DNA from: a virus
Lineage: Duplodnaviria > Caudoviricetes
Direction: 5' to 3' (one strand)
IMG/VR virus record: IMGVR_UViG_3300006735_005646
Coordinates: 1-60,578 of that record
DNA length: 60,578 nt
The position numbers and the translations under genes were made by a program. This document shows, in pieces, positions 8,301-16,144 of this stretch (positions are counted from its first letter, which is position 1; the number at the start of each line of letters is the position of its first letter). The notes beneath the pieces are model-generated. The model searched no databases. It was not told where the DNA came from and saw only the letters and a list, made by a program, of their open reading frames with translations.

Positions 8301-10010
8301 AAAGCAATGGAGTCTATTGGGGATGATCCACAAAAACTCCTAGAGTTCTTCGGTGCTGAAATTGAAATGGATGTAACACACGGAAATCTAGCAGACACAT
8401 TCGCAGAGAATACATCTGGTAAGCACACTGAGATTGTAATCAACGGAAAGACAACAAGAATTCCAATCGAAAATCCAGAGGATTATAGAGATTACCAGAA
8501 GGAAGCAGAAGAAGGCGAAGACCTAGACGAATCATTCCGTGTGCTGACTGAACCAGACATTCTTGACAGACTGGTAACACAGTTGAGAGATAAAGGAATG
8601 GAAAAAAATAAAGCATACGCAGTCGCCACTTCACAGTTGCAAAAACGTGGTGTTCTTAAAAAGGGAACGAACGACTTGACTACACATGGAGAAAAGAGAG
8701 ACTCGATGGGTGCCGCAGGTAGAGCAAAGGATAGAGCAGCGAAGAAGGATGGTAAGTCTCCGAAGGATTATAACTATAATCCAAGAACAAACATTGCAAC
8801 ACAGAAAGAAGATTGTGGTTGCATAAATGAAGACAACACCGCCGCAATTGCAAAGCAAGTTAAGCAAGCAGTAAAGAAGTATGTGACTGGTACTCCCAGA
8901 GTTCAATCCAAGGGTGGTAAGGTTCGTTTCATTATGCTACGAGCAGACAAAATTGACAACAAACTTCGCAAGATGATTCTTGATGTTGAACATCCAAACG
9001 CAAAGGTTCGTGATAAGAATAATATCTCTTATGGAAACATCAGCGATAGAATTATCAGTGCGGGTGCAGATGTATGGATGGATGCACTTGGGTTGAAAGA
9101 ATCCGTTCAATTGAATGAATGTTGGGACACACATGTTCAACAAGGATATAAAATGAAAGGTGGGAAGAGAGTTCCAAACTGCGTACCAAAAGGTTCTGCA
9201 ACTAAATTTGGAGAGTCAACCACACATGGTATTGGAACATTTGCAAAAATAGACATTCAAGAGGGAGCAACCATAAGTCTATATCTCTTGGACTTGATGG
9301 AAAATACACCCACATACCAACGAACAGACTTCTGTAGATTTACAAATCACTCACACAAAAATGCCAATATAACTCTCGAACGAGTTGATGGTGGTCTTCA
9401 TGCTACAGCAACCAGAGATATTCAGGAAGGAGAGGAGTTCTTCATAGACTACTTCCATGTTCTTGACAATATCGGGACTAACATGAGCATCATTGAAGAT
9501 GTTCTAAGATGGACAGAAGGATATGAAAACCTATACATTCCAGAGGATACAATCCAGTCCTTCGCACATGAATTATCATACTTTGTAAGTATAGGTGATT
9601 GCCCTGAACTGTCCGAGGAGTTCTTGAAAATTCTTCCTGAGTACACAGTATCGGAAGATGAAGATCCGGTGAAGAGAGCAAAAAGGCAAAAAGAATATAA
9701 CGCAAGACCAGAACAAAGAGCAAGAAGAAGTTCAAGAACAAATGAGAGAAACAAGAGAATAAGAAAAGGACAGGTGAAGGTCGGTGACGGGAAGGATATA
9801 GATCACAAGGACGGTAATCCACTAAACAACTCCTCTTCCAATATAAGCATAACATCTGCGAATTACAACAGAGGACGAAATAATAACAAGGGCAGAACCA
9901 ACGAAGAACATGGTGCCGGTGATATGGGAACAAAGGAATTGCTAAAAAAATATCTAAAAAATACACCCCATATGACTATTGATGCTAAGTTCAAGAAAGA
10001 GATGGATTGA
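5379..10010 (+). CDS. 1543-aa multidomain protein: N-terminal cytidyltransferase-like (HxGH) domain, basic helical module, PD-(D/E)XK-like domain, SET domain, C-terminal HNH-like motif
   Basis: FGRFNPPTTGH/VVGSDR/MSASKMR; TPKTD...ASMK; STTHGIGTFA..FTNHS..ATRDIQEGEEFFIDY; DIDHKDGNPLNN..NRGRN. Confidence 0.85.
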   Translation: MKKIVFTFGRFNPPTTGHYLLATRVKEEARKRNAEYRIYGSNTKDPKRNPLSPTSKSKFMKKVLNDRNVVVNKDSGNPYAVLQKLSAEGYSDVTMVVGSDRVPEFKRGIKKYIGKKGYENIKNFEVVSAGDRDPDAEGVEGMSASKMRAAAAEGNIDAFRLGVPSHVSSKDVMDLFYAVRRGMGIRGKIEESWFNYDEFAEFVNEQSELNELTLQARRKLSMRMKKTAKKRARVRKLREKRRKTKVQLVARANKQAIKKIRSRFHKGRSWSEVSFMERERISEKLKKKKKAIQRISKRLIPAMNKAEKERLDKVRKRMTSKDPVKAIAPTNEHIDIMFEEYLEEIAVPRARPRDKVSSRVAAQDKVNREKQKAQDRGLDAKKVDAARKRGERADGKTDNRSDKQKKFPNLQPTDPVEIQRGDEVEIVLFKDAKIDQIKSSKPVKPGQAKSISNKPGFVCGETAQSLGVNCDKVAQAQQTEKGQQGQQAPEQEVNPELQKASDAQQIAQSKLSTAQANQQLADMEAQQQQQKDAREAELAQAYKNPYAKQFGIESKPLPKGKKDKQKGDTFPSSGHKAVDAEFALVAAAHGCHDLTGKKMKACLDAADISAGDQKILAQSVTLTGAGRRMWDTLGKLIPENFEAKHYGKGGPPITLSDTWQRNKAGDKTPKTDLYWEDKKTGESIRASMKIGDGQLMSGGAEESMATLETAMNRMRGCKGVDKDGQGTDCKRTPMSGEAKAIKAIQSIKEDIAKSYDRDSLGAGMGPTSWWLDGGVVKTPGDREPDWWKKDGSPGSKGVKWKDVVGKPPNKADFPNYNEKTIDRLKNANSSHKRIMGNIENLFEESEEFKRHVIYESLTGCGKFCGCCGQDVCNDCQEKAMATHMVTAEKDGTKAALTEIGGPNSPFVTKLLKQVNVSVRLKSSQKISKATGKEGNYSWWSVLGLTTSGGFMGEENVQAFLEFNGDTEHPKNQVKKAMESIGDDPQKLLEFFGAEIEMDVTHGNLADTFAENTSGKHTEIVINGKTTRIPIENPEDYRDYQKEAEEGEDLDESFRVLTEPDILDRLVTQLRDKGMEKNKAYAVATSQLQKRGVLKKGTNDLTTHGEKRDSMGAAGRAKDRAAKKDGKSPKDYNYNPRTNIATQKEDCGCINEDNTAAIAKQVKQAVKKYVTGTPRVQSKGGKVRFIMLRADKIDNKLRKMILDVEHPNAKVRDKNNISYGNISDRIISAGADVWMDALGLKESVQLNECWDTHVQQGYKMKGGKRVPNCVPKGSATKFGESTTHGIGTFAKIDIQEGATISLYLLDLMENTPTYQRTDFCRFTNHSHKNANITLERVDGGLHATATRDIQEGEEFFIDYFHVLDNIGTNMSIIEDVLRWTEGYENLYIPEDTIQSFAHELSYFVSIGDCPELSEEFLKILPEYTVSEDEDPVKRAKRQKEYNARPEQRARRSSRTNERNKRIRKGQVKVGDGKDIDHKDGNPLNNSSSNISITSANYNRGRNNNKGRTNEEHGAGDMGTKELLKKYLKNTPHMTIDAKFKKEMD

Positions 10011-10660
10011 TGGGAGTAGATCATTGGATCGAATTGGGAGTTGCTATAGGAGCAATCGTAGTGGGAGTGACTTTTGGCATATATAAAGTGCTGAAAGGGA
10101 AAAGTGTAATGCTATTAGACACATTGAAAACCAAGGAACAGTTGAAGTTCCCCACATCTTGCTTCTGGCAAACTCACACCAGAGTCCATGAGACTCTCAC
10201 TGAATTAAGAGTCAAGACAGATTGTGCAAGAGGTCAATTGGTTCAATTCCATAATAGTGGTCATTTCTTAGACGGTATCTCGATGAAAAAGATGTCCCTT
10301 ACTCATGAATCACTCGAAAAGGGAGTTTCATCTGAGATGGGAATCAAGAAAGACTTACTTCTTTCTATGTGCATAGATGGTTTAAACTTGCTTCTTGAGG
10401 ACGATCCACAACTATACATGGTATCGGATATGGAAGATTCTTGGTGTAAGCAGTTCATGGAGAATAGTAATGTCATATCATTCTCATTCCTTCCCATTAG
10501 AAGACAGGGATTAGTAATAGGATATATCATGTGTCAGTGGTGTAGTTGGACAAAAACTGATATAATCGATATAGAGGAAGTAGTTTCTGAAATAACAACT
10601 GCAAGAAATCTAATCGAAATACAACTGGAACAGGAACTGGCAGGAACTAAAAAACAATAA
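10007..10660 (+). CDS. N-terminal TM plus GAF-like domain protein (T4 holin T-like architecture)
   Basis: One N-terminal TM; FHNSG..SMKKMSLTHE and FLPIRRQGLVIGYI GAF-like strands; 217 aa. Confidence 0.55.
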   Translation: MMGVDHWIELGVAIGAIVVGVTFGIYKVLKGKSVMLLDTLKTKEQLKFPTSCFWQTHTRVHETLTELRVKTDCARGQLVQFHNSGHFLDGISMKKMSLTHESLEKGVSSEMGIKKDLLLSMCIDGLNLLLEDDPQLYMVSDMEDSWCKQFMENSNVISFSFLPIRRQGLVIGYIMCQWCSWTKTDIIDIEEVVSEITTARNLIEIQLEQELAGTKKQ

Positions 10661-10695
10661 ATAGTAGGGTAAACCACAATCTACTGGAGATAAAC

Positions 10696-11166
10696 ATGAA
10701 AAGTTATAAAGAATTACAAGAAAATCTAAAACCAATCACCGAAGGACAAGAAACTTCCGGTGGTGCTGCTAGAAGCGCCCACAGTGATTTCGGTGTTCAT
10801 AGAATCGAACACCCAGAGCAATTAGGAAGACTCAATGCATTCTTAAATGCGTTTACTCAAATGGAGTTCATGGAACCAAAGGCAGCGATTGCGACGATTC
10901 GTCACAAACTCAATCTAGCAGGACTTGATTTTGAATGGAACAACACATCAACATACACACCAGAGGAAAACTTAAAACTTCCACTCAATAGGTATGGTGG
11001 TTCTTTCGGAACAACTCCCACACATGATCTAAGACAAGGGTTCTATAAAGGTGATAATATCTCCGAGTTCAATGGTGGAGTTGGTATGGCTTTATCTATA
11101 GATGTATATCAGGAGGATAGTGGATTGTATCAAATGGATGCAAAAATTATTCCAAACGCTGAATAG
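10696..11166 (+). CDS. conserved T4-like hypothetical protein, CTS-like start (MKSYKELQE)
   Basis: ORF with GGAG SD, after an AATAAATA late-like box. Confidence 0.75.
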   Translation: MKSYKELQENLKPITEGQETSGGAARSAHSDFGVHRIEHPEQLGRLNAFLNAFTQMEFMEPKAAIATIRHKLNLAGLDFEWNNTSTYTPEENLKLPLNRYGGSFGTTPTHDLRQGFYKGDNISEFNGGVGMALSIDVYQEDSGLYQMDAKIIPNAE

Positions 11167-11186
11167 TCAATCTTCTTTTTTTTATT

Positions 11187-11567
11187 ATGGATTTTAAGTC
11201 ACTCGACAAAAACAATTTTATGATGTTCGCAATGAAGATGTACACCAATCCTCAGTGTTTGGGTATGGATGAGTTTTACGAAGACTTAAATCGAATAAAG
11301 TATATAAAGAGGTTGCTGGGAAGATACGATAAGAAAGGTTTACTGAGAGAGAGACTAGTATTGAATCATATCATCATATTAAGTAACGTATTTGGTGCAG
11401 AGGCAAGTTCTAGAATACTTTTTCACAAGATAGAAGATAGGTTTCATTCATATTTAAAATCATTTCTAGAATATCTAAATCTACTACCAGTCCAGATACC
11501 AGAAGTAAAATTACAAGAAATTCCAACAGATCATAAAATCAATACAATGCTAAGAGGATTGAAATGA
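11187..11567 (+). CDS. conserved hypothetical protein of marine T4-like phages
   Basis: FAMKMYTNPQC..EFYEDLNRIKYIKRLL..LVLNHIIIL..NVFG motif. Confidence 0.8.
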   Translation: MDFKSLDKNNFMMFAMKMYTNPQCLGMDEFYEDLNRIKYIKRLLGRYDKKGLLRERLVLNHIIILSNVFGAEASSRILFHKIEDRFHSYLKSFLEYLNLLPVQIPEVKLQEIPTDHKINTMLRGLK

Positions 11568-12019
11568 TACTAAAAGAAAATAATTTATATGAAGCAGGAG
11601 ACATGAGCGATGCAAGTCGAGTGATCAGTGCATTTACTGTCTTTAAATTTATTAAAATTATATCCGATCCTTTCACTAAGATGGAAGCATATAAACTAGG
11701 AATCATCGACGCAAAGGGAAAATTTCTCAAGAAAGTAGATGAGTTAGAGACTAAAAAAGAAAGAGACTCAGTGAGTCCCTTCAACAGACTCATGATTAAC
11801 TTAAAGAAGGCAATGGATCGGGTTCCTGATCCAAAATTTAGGGCACAACTCAGAACTCTACCCACTGCAATGATTCTTCTCAAGGATGAAGCGGAGAAGG
11901 TAGGTGCAGATGGTGAAATGGTATTAGGTGAAATTAGAAATTATCTATTCGAGAATGGAGTTGATGTGGATAGTCTTTCAACTAACGAAGAATTCAAGGA
12001 ACTTCTTCAAGGAGAATAG
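11564..12019 (+). CDS. conserved T4-like hypothetical protein
   Basis: FKFIK...PF..EAYKLGIIDAKGK motif. Confidence 0.8.
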   Translation: MILKENNLYEAGDMSDASRVISAFTVFKFIKIISDPFTKMEAYKLGIIDAKGKFLKKVDELETKKERDSVSPFNRLMINLKKAMDRVPDPKFRAQLRTLPTAMILLKDEAEKVGADGEMVLGEIRNYLFENGVDVDSLSTNEEFKELLQGE

Positions 12020-12021
12020 AA

Positions 12022-12402
12022 ATGGCAAACAATAGAGAGATACCAGAAGAATTTCTAAACGGAGACTTTGATTTTGGTTTTACTGCGGCAGATGAGGATG
12101 AACTCAACGCACTTGTAGAACTAGATGATCCCACAACACCAGACGAAATCAAAGAGATGCAGGACAAGTTAGATTTGATTCTGCAAATGAACTCCACATG
12201 TGATGGTGCAAACCAAGTAAAAGAACAATACGATGAACTTCTCAAAGCAAAATTGGAAGAGATCGAAAAGGCCACTCTTCCTCTTCTGTTGAACCTCAAA
12301 AAGAACAAACAGAAAGATTATTTGTATTGGCCGGGAGGTCAAAGAGAAACACAATGTGAACTACAGATACAGAAGATACTCAATGTAACGAGGAATGTCT
12401 GA
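12022..12402 (+). CDS. conserved T4-like hypothetical protein
   Basis: FDFGFTA..LPLLLNLKKN..YLYWP motif. Confidence 0.8.
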   Translation: MANNREIPEEFLNGDFDFGFTAADEDELNALVELDDPTTPDEIKEMQDKLDLILQMNSTCDGANQVKEQYDELLKAKLEEIEKATLPLLLNLKKNKQKDYLYWPGGQRETQCELQIQKILNVTRNV

Positions 12403-12632
12403 TGGGATGTGGGTGTAACAAAAGAAGAAAGAAAAGAAGGCAGTCTTCAAGGATGCCTGTTTCACCAAATCAAAAGCAAGCAACAACTATCGGTGGTATC
12501 AAACTTCCTACCAATCCGTCTTTTGATGAAAGACGAAGTGCTGTTGCAAAAATAAACAACGGAAAGATAAACAAAGCAAGAAAACAAACCGTTGCTGATC
12601 GTGTGAAAGCAAGAAAAGAATCGGAAGGATAA
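12402..12632 (+). CDS. small basic protein (MGCGCNK start)
   Basis: ORF translationally coupled to its neighbours. Confidence 0.65.
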   Translation: MGCGCNKRRKKRRQSSRMPVSPNQKQATTIGGIKLPTNPSFDERRSAVAKINNGKINKARKQTVADRVKARKESEG

Positions 12633-12633
12633 G

Positions 12634-13428
12634 ATGGCAAAAACTCCTGCTTATCTTAGAGGTCCAAACGCAGTTGATGTAGAGACAAACCCGAAACCAT
12701 CAACAACTCCAGATCCAGATAATTATCCTCGTATCAACACATGCTGTCCTTGCATGGAATGTTTGGATGACTGTATCAAAGAAAGAGAGAGTGGTGGGGA
12801 AGGTTCTCCTGTTACCAATCCCTCCAACCTTAAACCAGATCCAGATCATACAGGATGTGATGCACCGGCCACTGGATGTGAAACAGGTCTTGGTTGTGAT
12901 TGTGGTCCTTATCAAATAGATCATCAAGACTATGTTCACGATATATGCGGTCCTGTAGGACCATGTTCAAACGGTGATGGTGGTTATGATAATAGTTGTT
13001 GTGAAGTCTGTGCGGATGGATACGGAGAATCATTATGTCAACCATGCGGAAACGATGCGGCGTGTTGTGAAGAGAAAGAAAGAAGAAGTAAAAAATTAAT
13101 GGATTGTTGGAGGAGAAGATACACAAGAAATCCTGCCTGCAAGGGACATGGTCCGATTATACACCCAACCGATCCAGACTCTGGACCTTGTTTTACTTGT
13201 GAAGACATAGCAAGAATGCACAATGGTGGTCCGAAGGGACATTGTAATAAAAACACAGAGGGTTATTGGAATAAAATCAAAGCATGTATGGCAAGGAAGT
13301 GTGGGTTTGCTTCAACAGAATCTGGCGAAGCGTGTGCAGATGTTGAAGTAAATAAGAGCAAACGTACAGAAACAAACCAAACTCGTTATTACGAAAGGTG
13401 GAAGATCATGAATCCAAAAGATCCATGA
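12634..13428 (+). CDS. Cys-rich invertebrate-type (destabilase) lysozyme-like protein, candidate endolysin or virion lysin
   Basis: C..ERESGG, CGPYQI..Y..D, TCEDIARMHNGGPKG and TEGYWNKIKAC motifs of i-type lysozymes. Confidence 0.75.
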   Translation: MAKTPAYLRGPNAVDVETNPKPSTTPDPDNYPRINTCCPCMECLDDCIKERESGGEGSPVTNPSNLKPDPDHTGCDAPATGCETGLGCDCGPYQIDHQDYVHDICGPVGPCSNGDGGYDNSCCEVCADGYGESLCQPCGNDAACCEEKERRSKKLMDCWRRRYTRNPACKGHGPIIHPTDPDSGPCFTCEDIARMHNGGPKGHCNKNTEGYWNKIKACMARKCGFASTESGEACADVEVNKSKRTETNQTRYYERWKIMNPKDP

Positions 13429-13430
13429 TG

Positions 13431-13438
13431 TATAAATA
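13431..13438 (+). promoter_or_regulatory. T4-type late promoter TATAAATA
   Basis: Exact consensus, 5 nt before ATG 13444. Confidence 0.7.
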
Positions 13439-13443
13439 CTACT

Positions 13444-13839
13444 ATGAAGACCTTTAAACAATTATTACAGAATTTGCCAGAAGATGTTGCCAACTCAATG
13501 GGTGGTGGTGGTTTCGGTGTAGGACAGGCAGCACAGACTTCAAACCCCAACCTTGCGGGATATGATCCTGTTATGGGACTGGGTGGAAGAAAAAAGAAAA
13601 AGAAAAAAGTACAAGAGAAATTTGCAGGTTGTGCCGTGTTCAATTTAACCAGCGAAGAATACAATAAATGTATGCGTGGTAGAATGAAATACGAAAGATG
13701 GAGTAAGAAAATGAATATGGAAGATATCAACAACCAAGATATCCGAACATATTGTCATCGAAATCCAGGTCAGCCTGTTGTTATTAAAGATTCAACCACG
13801 GGAATAATGGCATACCTTATTCCACCATCAAAAAGGTAA
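13444..13839 (+). CDS. conserved T4-like hypothetical protein with CTS-like start (MKTFKQLLQ..PE)
   Basis: EDVANSMG and RGRMKYERWSK motifs. Confidence 0.75.
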   Translation: MKTFKQLLQNLPEDVANSMGGGGFGVGQAAQTSNPNLAGYDPVMGLGGRKKKKKKVQEKFAGCAVFNLTSEEYNKCMRGRMKYERWSKKMNMEDINNQDIRTYCHRNPGQPVVIKDSTTGIMAYLIPPSKR

Positions 13840-13842
13840 AAT

Positions 13843-14289
13843 ATGCTTACATCATTTTTAACACCAGAGTTTCTTACTCTGATTGGTAGCAGTTTAACAG
13901 GATTTCTGTTTAGATACCTAGCAGAGAAGAGAAAAGATCAGAAAGAAATGTTCGAGAGAGCAATGGCACGATCCAAGAGACAGGACGAAAGTGCTGATCT
14001 CGCTGTTAAACGAGTAAGTGTTGACGCTGGTAAAATCATCAGAAGAATTATTGTTGTTACTATATTGTTCGGTACAATACTTGCACCATTCATTCTACCA
14101 TTCTTTAGCATTCCTACGGTGGTAGAGGTTACAGAGAAGAGTGGTTCATTCCTTGGTATCTTTGGTGGTAATACTAGCATCAAATTCCAAGAGGTATATG
14201 GTTATCTGTTCACCGAAGAGAACAGACAGATTCTTTTAACCATTGTAGGATTCTACTTTGGTAATGCTGCTGGAAAGGCTTCGACATGA
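13843..14289 (+). CDS. multi-TM holin-like membrane protein
   Basis: Three hydrophobic segments; C-terminal IVGFYFG as in 3TM holins. Confidence 0.55.
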   Translation: MLTSFLTPEFLTLIGSSLTGFLFRYLAEKRKDQKEMFERAMARSKRQDESADLAVKRVSVDAGKIIRRIIVVTILFGTILAPFILPFFSIPTVVEVTEKSGSFLGIFGGNTSIKFQEVYGYLFTEENRQILLTIVGFYFGNAAGKAST

Positions 14290-14501
14290 ATAAATTAGTT
14301 TTGCTTATGATTTTGTTTTTAACTGGGTGCAGTGATGCGATGCGAATAAAATCAACAACACCAGTGGGAAAAATTCCGCAACAAACGGCAGAACAAACAA
14401 CAGAATCCTTATCTCATAATGGTATGTGGATTACTGTGTGGTTGATTTGTGTTCTTGTTGCTACTGTTCTTGTGTTCAGGACATTCAAAAAAGAATCTTA
14501 G
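14286..14501 (+). CDS. lipoprotein with C-terminal TM (unimolecular spanin-like)
   Basis: Lipobox LTGC plus C-terminal TM MWITVWLICVLVATVLVF. Confidence 0.55.
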   Translation: MNKLVLLMILFLTGCSDAMRIKSTTPVGKIPQQTAEQTTESLSHNGMWITVWLICVLVATVLVFRTFKKES

Positions 14502-15067
14502 AATGTGTATGAGTCAAGTACTTTATCATGCAGGTACTTGCAAATATAATAAGAATCAACAATATCGGAAACAGGGTTATCCACTGTTCCTTTGTCTGGA
14601 GTTATTTCTTGCTTCAGATCGATACCAGTATCAGTTTTAAAGAATTTATGCATCATAGTTTTGTCTGCATTACCTTTACCAGTTGCAAACTTCTTCACTG
14701 TTGTTGGAGGAATAACTTCGAGTGGAACGCCGCTATTGTATATCTTATACTTAAGAACACCAGTGTTCTCTGCGATATGAAAAACTTTACCCTTTGAACC
14801 ATAAGAGTATCCTTCTATTGCGATGTGTTCACATCCTAGAAGGTTATCCATCGCCCAGTCTGCAATGCTTTTATATCTCTGGTATTCACAGTTCCAATCT
14901 TGAAATCTGGAACCATATACATTGGTTAAAAAGAATTCTGCATACTTCTTTGTTTCGGTTAGAAAATAAAACTTACATCTTTCAAATGTAAACGCTTCCT
15001 TTTCTGTCCCCGCAAATACACATATACTTGGACTTCTCATACTGTAGTCTATTCCTGCAATAATCAT
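14498..15067 (-). CDS. RuvC-like (RNase H fold) resolvase/nuclease
   Basis: AGIDYS, IAIEGYS, PTTVKKFATGKGNADK and DIVDSY motifs. Confidence 0.8.
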   Translation of the reverse strand: MIIAGIDYSMRSPSICVFAGTEKEAFTFERCKFYFLTETKKYAEFFLTNVYGSRFQDWNCEYQRYKSIADWAMDNLLGCEHIAIEGYSYGSKGKVFHIAENTGVLKYKIYNSGVPLEVIPPTTVKKFATGKGNADKTMMHKFFKTDTGIDLKQEITPDKGTVDNPVSDIVDSYYICKYLHDKVLDSYTF

Positions 15068-15168
15068 TAGAATCTCCTACAACTATTTATCTCCAGTTTC
15101 TTCTATTCGATATGATAGAATGATTAGCGATATTAAAAGTGCTAGTTCTATCAAGTCTAAATTCAAAA

Positions 15169-15297
15169 CTAATTTCCTTGTATAAATTTTACCAATAGTA
15201 TTCCCGCGACGAATGATGCTATCGCTACAATCGCTCCACTTGGAGTTGAAAGTTGATGCACCTTACTATCTATCCATTGTTTCCAGTAATTGTTCAT
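15169..15297 (-). CDS. 42-aa membrane peptide MNNYWKQWIDSKVHQLSTPSGAIVAIASFVAGILLVKFIQGN
   Basis: Read by hand; GAGG SD; hydrophobic C-half. Confidence 0.5.
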   Translation of the reverse strand: MNNYWKQWIDSKVHQLSTPSGAIVAIASFVAGILLVKFIQGN

Positions 15298-16024
15298 TTT
15301 TTATTTCCTCTATCCAACTTTTATAATATTCAACACTTGCACAAGCGTTCTCAAATATTAGTCCACCAGTCACACTGAAGTTTGCCATGATACCTATGAG
15401 TTTGTTTTCTCTGGTTAGGACTGCACCACCAGAGTCACCGAACCAGATAGATGCCTTTAGTGGGAGCATGACCATGAACTGCGGGTTTGAGATGAGTCTA
15501 CCGTAGTACCAAAAGGTGCCAGAGTTACTGTATCTCTTAATACCATGGCCATGCCCCACTGTAGTAAGAGGCATTCTCTTATAAACTGAGTCGTCAGGTT
15601 CGAGTAATTCTACGGGAGACTCATCTGATGGATGTTCCAAAACTATGATCGCTATATCGTGAAATCCGTAAACGCCGGGAATATGTTCTGTGTAATAAAT
15701 CACCTCCTTGATACAGATTTTATCACCGTCCGTTTCTGTCCAAACCAAATCTTCCTTCCCTTCTGTAACATGTGCAGCAGTAAGAACCAATGTTGGTTCA
15801 ATTAAAACACCAGTACCAATGAGTTTGTTGTTTTCTGAATAGTTAATTGAACCAACAAACTGATATGGATCAGGCCACAAATCTCTGAGGAGATATGTGA
15901 ACGGACCCGGTGGTTTCGGGGTTTCTTTTATTTCTATTTTTTGTGGCGGAGGAGTTATGGTAGTTGCTGTGCAACTTGTTAAACATAGTAAGGACGCTAA
16001 AACATATAAAATTGTCTTTCTCAT
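15266..16024 (-). CDS. trypsin-like (S1) serine protease, lipoprotein
   Basis: Lipobox LTSC; VLTAAH, HDIAII and GDSGG catalytic triad motifs. Confidence 0.9.
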   Translation of the reverse strand: MRKTILYVLASLLCLTSCTATTITPPPQKIEIKETPKPPGPFTYLLRDLWPDPYQFVGSINYSENNKLIGTGVLIEPTLVLTAAHVTEGKEDLVWTETDGDKICIKEVIYYTEHIPGVYGFHDIAIIVLEHPSDESPVELLEPDDSVYKRMPLTTVGHGHGIKRYSNSGTFWYYGRLISNPQFMVMLPLKASIWFGDSGGAVLTRENKLIGIMANFSVTGGLIFENACASVEYYKSWIEEIKNEQLLETMDR

Positions 16025-16061
16025 TCCATATATTATGTATAAGAGAAATGGCTAATAATAA

Positions 16062-16090
16062 GAAAAAACCTCTTAGAAAGAGGCTTTTTC
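16062..16090 (-). terminator. intrinsic terminator (possibly bidirectional)
   Basis: CCTCT/AGAGG stem flanked by A- and T-runs. Confidence 0.55.
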
Positions 16091-16144
16091 CCGTGTGACT
16101 AATTATCTTTTTATTACGTTAACTTTCTCTATGTGTATATCACA

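Noticed and set aside
15083-15166. Possible ~27-aa hydrophobic ORF on the minus strand
   Set aside because: TTG start, very short, insufficient support.
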